Under the pieces are notes generated by a model that was not told where the DNA came from, did not search any database, and saw only the letters and a program-made list of their open reading frames with translations. Shown in pieces: positions 40,162-54,037 of a DNA stretch of 64,000 nt (positions are counted from its first letter, which is position 1; every line of letters starts with the position of its first letter). Made by a program: the position numbers and the translations under genes. This DNA is from Octopus vulgaris (taxonomy: Eukaryota), in NCBI GenBank assembly GCA_951406725.2, contig OX597817.1, forward strand, positions 137,578,001 through 137,642,000, given 5' to 3'.

Positions 40162-40614
40162 CAGTAACCACTCGCCATATCGCGGTTCACCTATCACGGT
40201 TCACCTATAGCGGTTCACCTATCGCGGTTCACCTATAGCGTTTCACCTATCGCCGTTCACCTATAGCGGTTCACCTATCGCCGTTCACCTATAGCGTTTC
40301 ATCTATAGCAGTTCACCTATCGCCCTTCACCTATAGCGGTTCACCTATCGCGGTTCACCTTTGACGTTTCACCTATCGCGGTTCACCTATTGCGGTTCAC
40401 CTATCGCGGCTCACCTTTCGTGGTTTATTATTTAATCTTACGTCCATTCCTCTGTGGTGTTCTTTTGCATTTATGATAAAATAAAAATATATACAGATTA
40501 TAAAAATAATAAAGAAAAATATACGATACAGTACTGTTTCTACTGCGCGGATTTTCACCTATCGCGGGGGTAGGGGTTTGGAACGTAACACCCGCGATTG
40601 TCGAGGGAATGCTC
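40162..40614. mobile_element. Tc1/pogo(Tigger)-like MITE with internal minisatellite
   Basis: TA|CAGTAACCACTCGCCATATCGCGG left end versus CCGCGATTGTCGAGGGAATGCT right end (imperfect TIR). Confidence 0.65.
40178..40425. repeat. 14-bp tandem repeat (ATCGCGGTTCACCT), about 17 units
   Basis: Read directly from the sequence. Confidence 0.95.
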
Positions 40615-40960
40615 TTTTGTATTTTTGCTATGAAACTGTGCACGTGAGTGTACAGGTAAGAATGTGTACGCCTGGGTACGTATACGCATATATGTATATA
40701 TATTGTTTTATTCTTGTTCATTCATGCGTTTCATTCATGCGTTTCGAACCATAGGCTGTGGCCAGATATATACACAAATACACACATATATATATATATA
40801 TATAAATATATACACATATATGAATATGTGTAGCTATATACATATACACATACACACATTTATCTATCTCTCTATCAATCTATCTATTTATTTCCATAAA
40901 TATATATGTAAATATAAACGCATATACATATCTATACACACATACATGCTTCACATATAT

Positions 40961-41012
<52 letters not shown>

Positions 41013-41032
41013 AGAGAGAGAGAGAGAGAGAG

Positions 41033-41083
<51 letters not shown>

Positions 41084-41084
41084 G

Positions 41085-41147
<63 letters not shown>

Positions 41148-41188
41148 GTACGTATATGTGTGATTGCGTGTACATAATGGGGCAGAGG

Positions 41189-41231
<43 letters not shown>

Positions 41232-41292
41232 GGAAGAACAAAATGTGATGAGTAAAGGAAGATGCCTCTGAAGAAAGAAGTGAAACAAGGAC

Positions 41293-41352
<60 letters not shown>

Positions 41353-41656
41353 TGAGAGGGAGAAGTGCAGCGTTGAGCCGAGTTCAATATCGATTTTGTG
41401 AACATGCCGGCTATTGTTGATATTGTAGGGGAATGTCGATTGCAGAGAGAGACACGTGTTTTCTGCCTTATCTCACTGTTGCATACTGATCCACTACCTT
41501 CTCCTTCTTCCTCTTCTCCTTCTTCCACTTCTTCTTCTTCTGGCACACATTGGCACAATCGATATTCTACACACTTGCTGCTAGTTACTGACATACATAT
41601 ACACATCCTCACATGGAGAATTGTAGCGAAATAGAAAATATTATATATATGTGAAA

Positions 41657-41732
<76 letters not shown>

Positions 41733-41831
41733 GTATGTATGTGTGTATGTGTATATATATGCATATATATATATTATACTATTTAATTGAACGCCACGCG
41801 TCCATTTCCAAGTAAGTATATATATAAGTAT

Positions 41832-41889
<58 letters not shown>

Positions 41890-43328
41890 GCATATAAACA
41901 TATATATGTGTGTCTGTGTGTGTGCATATATGCATATATTACATGTGTATGCATGCACATACGCACACATGTACGTGTATATATCTAAGAGAGAGAGAGA
42001 GAGAGAGAGAGAAGGAGGAGGAGGAGAGAGAAAAAGAGAGTGAGAGAGAAAGTGATAGATAGATAGATATAAACACTTATATGTATGCGTATATATATAT
42101 ATACAAACATTAGCGCTAATGGCAATACTCTTGCATGTCCACAGGTTCCGCCTGAAACGATAATGGGATAATAGGATAATGGGATAATATACTATGTGTT
42201 ATAGTGTGAGTGTGTGCCTATGTATATGTGTATATATATATATATTTCGTATATACATATATACTTATGTGGGATTGGTAATAATTTCTGGAATCTTAAT
42301 TTCATCCCTTTTTGTGTTTTACTCGCACATTGTTTGTTTTAGTTTGTATCTGGTGCATATTATGTGTGTCAACTGCTGGTGTATAGAGCAAGTGTGTGTT
42401 TAATCTAAATTTGAGTTACTCGTATGATTTATATCCGTGTTTGAGTACTGAGCGGCGTCGTTACTATTCGTTCGTTCATTAATCGCTTAATTCGACGGGG
42501 AAATGTCTGCAGAAGCGATGTTTACGGGCGTTGCTTAATTATATATTGTTGCGTGATATAACGTATTGTAATTGCTCCAGCTGAAACATATCTGTTAGTA
42601 GCTGAATGAGTTTCTATGTAGTGAAGAGTAACTAGCGTGGTCTGAACTCACTTCCAGCCAGTTAATTTTATTGTGATGCTGCGTCCAGCAGCGGTATGCC
42701 TGAGTATTCTTGATTTGTGGTATGATTAACAGCCAAGCCAAGTGAGCTGAGCTGTTTCAAAGCTAAGTACCTCGGTCATCGACATAATTGGTTGACGGCC
42801 CGCTATCTTCTTATTCCATCAATCACACTGTGTCTCACACATCTTTAGATATTCCATTTACCATTATCATGCAGCGTTTACTTAAAGCGCTTGAATCCTT
42901 CAAACCTCTGGTCAAGTTCCTTTACAAAGACTGTGTTTACAAAGACTGGTACTAAACTGTAGAAACTCAAAACGGTTTATGTAGACAATATTTGGAATTC
43001 AATGAGAAACCCTACAGTTCGAGATTTCCAGGTCTTGCTGACAATTTCGAAAGAATACAAACAAAGAGTAGCAAACTGGAAGAATTAGTGCCATTGATGT
43101 GTCTGCGATTTTATCTTTCGGTAAAGGAAGCGTCATGCAGATTCTTGGGTGAAATTGTAGAGACAACAAAGAAGGGGATTCGCGCCGGACAAAGGGCAGG
43201 AAAGGAAGCTGGTTCAACGTCCACAAATCATCTCTACATTTGTTGAAATAAATACCAGTCATACATGCAGGACAACTTGCACGTATCCTGCCCCTTCAAT
43301 AAAAATAGTCGTGTTAACATACAATACG

Positions 43329-43376
<48 letters not shown>

Positions 43377-43589
43377 CACACACATACACACTACACACTA
43401 CACACACACACACGTAGTGTTCATTCACAGATGTAGATTGGCTCCGTGGGGCTCCGCCGATTTGTATCCTGTATTCTAATGTCAACTGCGTCGATTTTAT
43501 TTGTTCATAGATCAGGAAATTACACGAGTACCAGTAATTAATTGAGTTAAACTGACCAGACTGCACAACTGCAATACAGATATACCAGC

Positions 43590-44190
43590 TGATATTGTTA
43601 GTAACTAAAATATCAACGTTTATGTCAAACACCATCGTTAGCAACAGGTCGTTCAAAAACTACAGATAGCAATATGTAGTATATCAAACATCATTAGCAA
43701 CAGATAGTTCAACAACCATCGATAGCAACTGATAATTCATCAGCAACAAGTAAATAGTCGATCGCAAAAATTAGTTGGACAACCATCTTTATGAGTAGTT
43801 AGCAACAGTTAATCCAACAGTAATCGCAAGCAACAGGTACTTAGACGCCCATCGTAAGCAACAGGTAAGTTAACAACAGGAAGATTGAAAATCACAGGTA
43901 ATAACAGATGGTTCAGTAAGCATCATTAGCGACAGTTTGGCAATCATGATTAGCAACATGTAACACACAGTGTGATTGGCGGAATAATAAGATAGCTGGC
44001 CGTCAACTATATAGTCAGGGAAGACATCGTTAGCAACAGGTATCTCGACTGCCAATGTTAACAACAGATTGCCAGATAAATCATCTTTAGCAACAGGTAT
44101 TCACGTTGCCAGCATTAGCAACAAGTGGTTAGGCAATCATCATTAGCAACAGGTATTTTGACCTCCAACGTTGGCAACAGGTAGTTTGAC
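43590..44190. repeat. degenerate 28-bp minisatellite (CATCGTTAGCAACAGGTAGTT...)
   Basis: Core recurs at 43633, 43689, 43717 and 44025, 44053, 44082, 44110, 44138, 44166. Confidence 0.85.
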
Positions 44191-44734
44191 ACGAAAATGG
44201 CCGTGGAAAGTTCTCTATGTAATCTCTTGATCATTTAGAAACACCAGTCAAATAAGGAACATGGCGAAATTGCAATGCTGGACTGCCTTGGATCAAAGAT
44301 CTCAGAGATCATAACTGATCCGGAGAAAAAGTAAGAACTACCACAATTACCAATCTGGTGAAATCACTTCTGCACCAAACATACGGCGCAACAGAATCAC
44401 AGGCACAAAGAGGATTACGTAAAGTATAATAGGACGCCAGAACATGGTTCATCAAACCACCTACTGCAATAGTTGAGATGTTTAGGGACACATCACGTCC
44501 TAAATTGCCTTATAGCACTGCTACTAGACAATTATTGACCCTCTCCCCCTCCTCGCCGGCTGGGTTCATCACTCCCTTTGACAAGCCTTGATTTTGGTCT
44601 GCTCCATTTTAAGCAAACCTCATCGCCATGTAAGACAAGATTCCATCGGATCCAGCAGCAGAGGGTAAATTCCAGAGCCAAAAGGCCACTGGAACAGCAT
44701 AAAGAAACTGCATATACATACATACATACATACA

Positions 44735-44805
<71 letters not shown>

Positions 44806-44843
44806 TTATGCATATATATGCAGTTTCACTCACATATATGCAT

Positions 44844-44917
<74 letters not shown>

Positions 44918-45141
44918 TATCTATTTATATGTCAGTCTGTGTGATTACAAAGTCCCTACACACACATATCCAACACTCACAAACACACGCAAGCAGTCCT
45001 GCGAATGAGACGTTTAAGTAATACATAGCCTCACTTAGGTTCTACATAAAGTTAATCTAAAACAAGGTGCCTTAACTGGTGACAGACACCTAGCCCAGGG
45101 GGTGTAACAAGAACAAACACACACAAACTGTTATATATGCA

Positions 45142-45221
<80 letters not shown>

Positions 45222-45245
45222 CATATTTATATATACATATATACA

Positions 45246-45299
<54 letters not shown>

Positions 45300-46391
45300 C
45301 ACATACATGCATGTATGTGTGTGTTTGAATATGGGTGCGTATGTGCCTGTGCGCGCGTGTGTGTATAGAGAGAAGAGAGAGAAAGAGAGAGAGAAAGAGA
45401 GAAAGAAAGAGAGAAAGAGAGAGAGAAAGAGAGAAAGAAAGAGCGAGAGAGAGATGGAGGGAGAGAGCTATGTTCAGTATATATATGAAGTAGACCTGGG
45501 CTCTGGTTCATAGCCCCGACACCCTCAATGGTCTCTGCTTAAAATTAGTTGCTTTCCTTCTTTCAACAGGTCCAGTTCTAAATGATTTTCCAAAGTCCTG
45601 CTGAACGAGACTCCGAAATATTATTTACTCTGAATGAATATTATATCAAGGTAAAAAAAAAAAAAGAATCGTATTTGAGCTCGTTCGACACGCTAGAAAC
45701 AGGAGCCAAATCTAACACAAATCGCATTTCACAATCGTAAACAAGAAGGGTACATTGAACGATGTATTCAGAAATATATAAAAAGACAGGGTGGCCATGG
45801 TCAGCGTGCTATATATGTTTACTCAGAGTCGATTGGGGTGGATAAAATATATTTCAAAGTAGAAAACACGAATTGCATGGAATTATAAAGTTTGACCATT
45901 GGTTCTAGTTTATAAAATTGTGAGAGAAAACGGGAAACCCTATCAACGATTTTTATCCATGGCACAAGTACGGGTGGTCGGTGAGTTGCACCCTGGCCAC
46001 CCCTGTCACAGTGTCTAGTTGGGGAAACAAAGGATTCCTGCTGCTGTCACTACTGCTGCTGCTGCACCAACATCTTTTGTGCGTTGACTGGTGGCGCCAT
46101 CAGCAGCGAGACATCACAAACACGTGTTGAATGCTGGAGAAGAATGCATAGCTATACACTTTCTATACACACCGCTAAGAGCAGCACCAACATCGATGTA
46201 TGTACGTACAGTGTGTGTACGTACGCACACAAGCACAGACACACAGACACACAAACATGAGCGCAGACATACACATAAACACATACGAACATACACGCAA
46301 ATATATGCAAATTCACGAAATATATACACGCAAAAAAGCACAAAATTACAAACACATACACACATATATATATACACACACACATATATAT

Positions 46392-46424
<33 letters not shown>

Positions 46425-46697
46425 CATATATACAAACACACATTTATAAATGCGCGCGCACACACACACACATATATATATATACATATATACAAACACA
46501 CATTTATAAATGCGCGCGCACACACACACACACACATATATATATAAATACGCGCGTACACACACACACTCATTGATGTTTAGCGCCACAAATTATAGGG
46601 ATATACACACGCACACACACACTTGAAGTACATACACACGTGCACACAGTGTATTCATACTCATAAATATATATATACACATATAAATTGCATATAT

Positions 46698-46757
<60 letters not shown>

Positions 46758-47418
46758 AAGAAAAACATTCATCCCCATGTATACAGACAAACATGACTCA
46801 GATATATACCCAGATGCAATGTGTAAAGAAAGGAACCTGTGCACATAGGAATTTACATGCACAAACCTACACACACACCACCATTAATATACCCCTCCTA
46901 TATATATATAAATATATATGTGTAAATACATACATATATGCATACACACATATATATATATGTAAATATATATATATGTGTGTACGTGTGTGTATGTATA
47001 TATTTATAAAAGCACACGCTAACGTCACTACTTTACACATACACATATAAACTCAACAACCACCCCGCTACATACATGCATGCGTGCATGCATACGTGCG
47101 CATACACACAACCGACATACACGTAGAGCACTCCGACACGCGCCACTGCACACAAGCATTCCTATACAAAGACGCAAGCATTCACGGGTACCCATTCAAA
47201 AGTACACGAACACACTCATACACACACCCAAGTATCACATTATACTTATAAATAGCCCCACCCCACTGTCAGAAATATGCGCCACCCACCCGGCCACCGA
47301 CCACCCGACATACACATGTATTTAAAGTTATACTTCCATAAATATTTATACGAAGTAAGACATTTATCGGATATGGGCTGGTCCCATACTTCATAGCTCA
47401 GCTTTCCAGCCATAAGCC

Positions 47419-47419
<1 letters not shown>

Positions 47420-47475
<56 letters not shown>

Positions 47476-47509
47476 CATATAATATATATATATATTTATA
47501 TATATATAT

Positions 47510-47545
<36 letters not shown>

Positions 47546-47620
47546 GCATGCATATATATGTAAATACACATACATATATATATACATATATATGTATATA
47601 TATGTAAATACATATACATG

Positions 47621-47670
<50 letters not shown>

Positions 47671-47699
47671 CATGTATATATATATATACATATGAATAC

Positions 47700-47758
<59 letters not shown>

Positions 47759-47790
47759 TATACACACAAATATATATATATATATATGTT

Positions 47791-47835
<45 letters not shown>

Positions 47836-47850
47836 GATCATATATATATA
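47420..47850. repeat. long degenerate (TA)n field
   Basis: Read directly from the sequence. Confidence 0.95.
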
Positions 47851-48228
47851 CACACTCAAACCTTCACACCTATGCATGTGTGTTTGTTTGTGTGTACTTT
47901 GGTATACGAATATGTCTAGATATAAAATACGAATCTAATCACTCACCTTTTCAGATCCACTCTTGGTACTTTGGTCGGATGGTTGTTATATTTGGTCGCA
48001 TTTGCTTTCTGTTCCTTCATTTTAAACATCCACGTGTTTTTGTCAGTACAAATACAGATATAAATATATATATTGATATATACGTATGTGTATATATTTT
48101 AGGGTATGTGTTTGCGCGTGTGTGTGCCTTGTTTTCGATGAAAGATCGAAGTAGCTATCTAGGACACAAGCAAAGGAGATTCCTTCTTATATACGAAAGC
48201 TTTTTCTCCTTAGATAGATAGATAGATG

Positions 48229-48303
<75 letters not shown>

Positions 48304-48312
48304 CCCCAGTGC

Positions 48313-48353
<41 letters not shown>

Positions 48354-49020
48354 GTGTGTGTGTGTTTGTATCTATAGACTTTAGTCAATGATTCATTGAC
48401 TTAAAGAATGAATGGATAAATAACAGGCGGTAGTGGCCAACTGCTTTTGTTAAAATCCGATACGGAGAAAGAGATAGTTGTGGAGATAGGAAAACTGTTT
48501 GTAGAGATGGATGGCTCTGGACAACAGAGATACAGAAGAGAGCTGTGTGTATAGATGGACAAATGTGTGTGTGTGCGTGTGTGTATGTGTTTATGTGTGT
48601 GTGTGCGTGTGTGTATGTGTTTATGTGTGTGTGTGCGTGTGTGTGTGAGTGAGCGTGTGTGATTATCTGTGTGTGTTTATGAGAAGAAATATGGGCGTGT
48701 GTGTATTTAATTGTTTCTTCCGGTAATTGATAGACTAAGTGAAAGCTAACGTACGTTTGTATCTCTCTTAATTATTACTATTGTGTGTGTATGTGTGTAT
48801 GTGTGTGTGTTTGTTTTCGTGTGAATTTACACGCACGTGTATGTGTGTGTATGTGTATACGTGTGTTTGTGTACGTGTGTGTGTGTATGTGTGTGTTTTG
48901 TTGTTTATGCAATGAATGATAGATGAGTATATAGTGATGTTAGTATGCTCTCTGTATTAAATTTAACTCCGAGTCCACACTTAAATTTAATGGTGGTAGT
49001 AGTAGTAGTAGTAGTAGTAA

Positions 49021-49071
<51 letters not shown>

Positions 49072-49165
49072 GTGTTGGTCTCCTAACTTGTTGAGCCTTA
49101 CCTCAGAAAGGGAAGCCTGTTTATGCTACGGGAACAGCAACACGATGTGACGGTATTTTACATCA

Positions 49166-49217
<52 letters not shown>

Positions 49218-49787
49218 GCTACAATAAACTTGTATATTCTATATACAGAGACACACACAAGTCTTAAATATATCTCTGTTCAAACACGCGTATTTTTGTA
49301 TATACCCCTGTGTATATATATATATATATATAAATCTGTGTGTATATATTATAGCAGTATGACGGCTAGAAGTCCTGAATCCACCCCCTTCCAGTAATTA
49401 TGTCCATAATGGTGGTGGTGGTGGTCTTTTTTGGATTCACATTTTCCTGCTGGTTGCGTCCACGTTTTCGTTGCTTTTACAAGACACAAGAACCACTATG
49501 AACGCTGCAGTTTTGACAAACCGAGCTCGCCGGCTGCTATTGCCGTAGTCGTCGGCGCCGCTGCCGCCGCCGTCGCTTTACCACCGTTGTTGTTGAATTG
49601 GTTGTTGTTGTTGTTGTTGCCGCTGTTGCTTCTGCTGCCGCTGTTGCTGCTATTATTATTACTACTACTACTACTACTATTGCCTACTGCTGCTGCCGAT
49701 GCTACCGGTGTTGTTGTTGTTGTTGAATATGTGCAACAGCCACTGCTTGCCTCTGCCTGGTTGCCTGGCTGCCTGCCTGGCCTACCT

Positions 49788-49795
49788 TGACGTCA
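49788..49795. promoter_or_regulatory. perfect CRE palindrome TGACGTCA
   Basis: Exact motif between a CT-rich tract and a CpG-containing unique segment; function not shown. Confidence 0.3.
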
Positions 49796-49867
49796 CCATT
49801 GATATGCAGCCTTCTTCCAGCAGCCCTTTTTTTTCTCTCTCTCTACTTCCAACACAACACTGCTTCC

Positions 49868-49869
<2 letters not shown>

Positions 49870-49926
<57 letters not shown>

Positions 49927-50248
49927 CTGCGCCAGTTCTATTCCTCTGCTCCCGCTTCTCCCTCTGCTTCTTCTCCTTCTTCTTCTTCTTCTTCTTCTTC
50001 TTCTTCTTCTTCTTCTTCTTCTTCTTCTTCTTCTTCTTCTTCTTCTTCTTCTTCTTCTTCTTCTTCTCTCTCTTCCTCTTCAAAACTGTTGAAACATCTT
50101 CCACAAGTGAAATTCCGACTCAGCTGCTGGAATACTCGCCAGCCCCCCACCCCTGCTCCCTCTCTCCTCCCCTTACCTTCACCATCACTGCTACTGCATA
50201 ACTCCCTTCACACACACTCTCTCTCTTCCTCTCTCTTTCTCTCTCTTC

Positions 50249-50283
<35 letters not shown>

Positions 50284-50788
50284 AGCTTGCTTGCATGCAT
50301 CACTATTTCTCTCCCTCCTTTCCACACACACACTTTCTCTCTCTCTGTCTCTCTGTCTATCTGTCTCTCTCTTTGTCTCTCTGTCTATCTGTCTCTCTCT
50401 CTCTCTCAAATACTCCCTCCCTTCACCACTCATTTTGCCTCTCTCTTTCTCTCTCTCTCCAACCCATGATCTTCCTCTCCCTGCATTCCTTTTTATCTCT
50501 CTTTTTCACCGTCTCGCCTTCTCTTTCTCTCTCTGTGTCTCTCTGTCTATCTGTCTCTCTCTTCTCTCTGTCTCTCTCTCTTCTCTCTATCTCTCTCTCT
50601 TTGTCTCTCTGTCTCTCTGTCTCTCTCTCAAATACTCCCTCCCTTCACCACTCACTTTGCCTCTCTCTTTCTCTCTCTCTCCAACCCATGATCTTCCTCT
50701 CCCTGCATTCCTTTTTATCTCTCTTTCTCACCGTCTCGCCTTCTCTTTCTCTCTCTCTCTCTCTTTCTCTCCATTGCTGTCTTTCGTC

Positions 50789-50823
<35 letters not shown>

Positions 50824-50845
50824 TCTTTCTCTCTCCCTCTCCTTC
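49870..50845. repeat. polypyrimidine (CT)n/(CTT)n tract with a 222-bp-period internal duplication
   Basis: CAAATACTCCCTCCCTTCACCACTCA...CCAACCCATGATCTTCC at 50407 and 50629. Confidence 0.9.
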
Positions 50846-51004
50846 TACCATTCTCACAATATATCACTATATCCCCCCTCCCCAACACCATTCAACTTCA
50901 TTTAATCTTTTGTTAGATTTTATTTAAGTTTTTAATTTTTAGGGTTATTTGTTGTTACTGATGATGTTGTTGTTGCTGCTGCTGCTGCTGATGATGATGA
51001 TGAT

Positions 51005-51220
51005 GACGGTGGCGGCGGCGGCGGCGGCAGCGGTGGCGGTAGTGTTGGCGGCAGTGGTGGCGGTAGTGTTGGCGGCAGCGGTGGCGGTAGTGTTGGCGGC
51101 AGCGGCGGCAGCGGCGGCAGCGGCGGCAGCGGCGGCAGCGGCGGCAGCGGCGGCAGCGGCGGCAGCGGCGGCAGCGGTGGCAGCGGTGGTAGTGGTGGCG
51201 GCAGCGGCAGTGGCGGTGGT
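51005..51220. repeat. (GCGGCA)n/(GGT)n GC-rich repeat
   Basis: Read directly from the sequence. Confidence 0.9.
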
Positions 51221-52153
51221 GTTTGTGAAGTTGATGATGATGATACTTTCTACTATATTTATTTTGTTTCTTTATTGCTATCATCATCACTATCATCATC
51301 ACTATCATCACCACCACAATCATCACTATCATCAACACCACCACCACCACCACCACTGCTATCACCATCATTATCACTACAGCCACCATCTCCCTTACCC
51401 TCACCACCTTCACCAATAAGCATCCTCGTTATCAGCGTAAGCGACCTTCAGATCATTATACCTGCCAAGAGAGATCTTCTTTCTGTCAAAAATGAATGTC
51501 AAATTAACGAAGGAACAATTTTGAAGTGAAAACAGGGAGTCTGAATGGGACGAAAATATGGAAACTGGAGATGTCTTTCAGTGGCATTGACTTCGGTCTC
51601 TGCAGAGACGAAGGGACCGCAACCCCCATTGCCAGCAAGGGTAAAGCTGATACCCTTACAAATCGAACGGTTACAATGTTCAAATTTCCCGTAAGGGTGT
51701 CGGTCGCATTGAATTTTAGATCGGTAATCTTCGTAGACGCCTTTTTAAAACTGAATCGGAACCGGAAGTACACCACTGAGTTTCTACACAACCATCGAAT
51801 ATCGTCGAGTATAAAGCAAAATAGTAGCAACAAATGCAGAAAGACAAAGTCTTCGGACGAGGACATCCAACGTACCACACAGAGAACACAGAGGTTTATC
51901 TTTATTCTTTTTTATATTTAACTTGTTTCAGTCATTAGACTGCAGCCATGCTGGGTCACTGCCTTGAAGAGTTTTTAGACGAATGCTGGGATTGAATAAA
52001 TCGACTCCAGTACATTTCTTTTAGAGCCTGTTACTTATTTTATCAGAATCTTTTACCGAATTGCTAAGTTACAGAGACGCAAACACACGAGAACCGGTTC
52101 TCAAACGGTGAAGTGGGGCCAAACACTGACGCTCATACAGATACATTTGTCTG

Positions 52154-52230
<77 letters not shown>

Positions 52231-52231
52231 T

Positions 52232-53195
52232 CGCAAATGACCGCCAGACATTGTTTTCGTTATTTATTCCTTCTGTTTTGCATATGTGAATTACAGGTAT
52301 ATGTCGTATGTGGAGTCCCATTTGTAGAAAATAGAAATAAACAGTCTTGACTGCTATTTCTAATTTTTCGGTATGCTGCCAAGCAACCTGCTGCCTGCCT
52401 CTTTTACTTATATACAATATATATACTGAACTTTACAGAACTTCCGACCGTTAATTGGTTATATTTACATACCGGATTCTACCAGTAAATAATTGTTGTT
52501 TTTTAAAAACCATTAAAGAAATTATTTACTCTTATTATTATATTACTGATTGGAATTTTCACTCCCTTACAACAACCCATAGTTTCTACCTCTAAGAAAC
52601 TATTTTTGTAATGCGCATGGTAAAATTTTGGAGGGAAAATTTACGAATACAACTGTCTATTTAGGTTTAGCCTATGCTCGCTTTCTTCCACTCTTTTGAT
52701 GTCGCATGATCAGAAGGTCGAGGTACGTAGCATTTGATAAACCTATTTTAATGGAGAGTTGCGCTGATGACAGATATGAAATATATATATGAAATATATA
52801 TATGAAATATATGTGAAATATATATTCAAAATATATATGAAATATATATTCTATATATTTATAATCTAGAAACATGTTCGCAAATGACCGCCAGACTTTG
52901 TTTTCGTTATTTTTTCCTTCTGTTTTGCATGTGAATTACAGGGATATGTCATATGTGGAGTCCCATTTGTAGAAAATAGAAATAAACAGTCTTGACTGCT
53001 ATTTCTAATTTTTCGGTATGCGGCCAAGCAACCTGTTGCCTGCCCCTTTTATTTATATACAATATATATACTGAACTTTACAGAAGTTCCTACCCTTAAT
53101 TGGTTGTATTTACATACCGAATTCTACTAGTAAATAATTGTTGGTTTTTTTAAAAACCATTAAAGAAATTATTTACTCTTATTATTAATATTATT
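52232..53195 (+). mobile_element. retrozyme/Penelope-pLTR-like partial tandem element (647-bp monomer, about 1.5 copies)
   Basis: About 315-bp direct repeat at 52232-52545 and 52879-53193; HHR at the unit junction; no coding capacity; (TA)n on both sides. Confidence 0.8.
52759..52883 (+). ncRNA. type I hammerhead ribozyme
   Basis: TTGCG-CTGATGA-cAGAT...(AT-rich loop)...ATCTa-GAAAC AT GTT-CGCAA; perfect 5-bp helix I, palindrome AACATGTT, predicted cut after 52878. Confidence 0.75.
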
Positions 53196-53201
53196 ATTAT
53201 T

Positions 53202-53282
<81 letters not shown>

Positions 53283-53672
53283 GATGGGCTTTTTTCAGTT
53301 TCCGTCTACCAAATCCACTCATAAGGCTTTGTTTAGTCCGAAGCTATAATAAACTACACTCGTTCAATGCGTCACGCAGTGGGGTTGACTCACGAATTAT
53401 GTGATTGGAAAGCAAGCTTCTTATCACACGGCCAAGCCCTTACTCGCATAATCACCGAACCTGGAACTTAACTGCGGTCCATCTATAGCACTTATTCAGC
53501 ATTACCTGACACCTTTGGGTCTCAATGACACCATTATGTCATATATATATATATCACCGTGACCGTGACCGACCAGGCTATCAGATGTTGTATCACATCG
53601 CTGGTGACAATGCGCTTCGCAATGTTTTAGCCTTCAAATGACGCCACCCCTCTGGCTAAGCGAGCAGGCCAA

Positions 53673-53856
53673 GTCGCCATGATAGATCGTTAGCCACTAC
53701 ACACATTTTTTTCTCTCCTTGTTTTTTCTGTGTCCCTTTCTGGTGAAGAGCGTAGGCTCGAAACGTAAAAGACTTTTTCTATTCCTGAGCGTAATACTAA
53801 TACATCTGTTTGTTTTGTACACCACCTGTCTTCATCTTTGTTTTTGTGAACTCACC

Positions 53857-53857
<1 letters not shown>
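53673..53857 (+). mobile_element. HHR-bearing unit family H1
   Basis: CTTT-CTGGTGA-A-GAGC gtag GCTC-GAAAC GTA-AAAG at 53736-53771; ends at (TA)n; preceded by another repeat fragment at 53554-53672. Confidence 0.65.
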
Positions 53858-53944
<87 letters not shown>

Positions 53945-53949
53945 CACAC

Positions 53950-54034
<85 letters not shown>

Positions 54035-54037
54035 CAT

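Larger units (their letters stand above)
51900..53440 (-). mobile_element. SINE family B split by a nested retrozyme-like insertion
   Basis: 3' half at 51900-52145 and 5' half at 53281-53440 (ACGATGGGCTTTTTTCAGTTTCCGTCTACCAAATCCACTC), separated by (TA)n-insert-(TA)n. Confidence 0.75.

Noticed and set aside
40178-44190. 14-bp and 28-bp arrays as CRISPR-like
   Set aside because: No unique spacers of constant length, no cas genes, eukaryotic context
47355-47400. Minus-strand CTATGA..TATGGG accag CCCATA..GATAAATGTC
   Set aside because: Both catalytic boxes are broken; only the hairpin remains
51504-51921. Overlapping 131-aa and 124-aa ORFs on opposite strands
   Set aside because: No recognisable protein family; non-ATG starts
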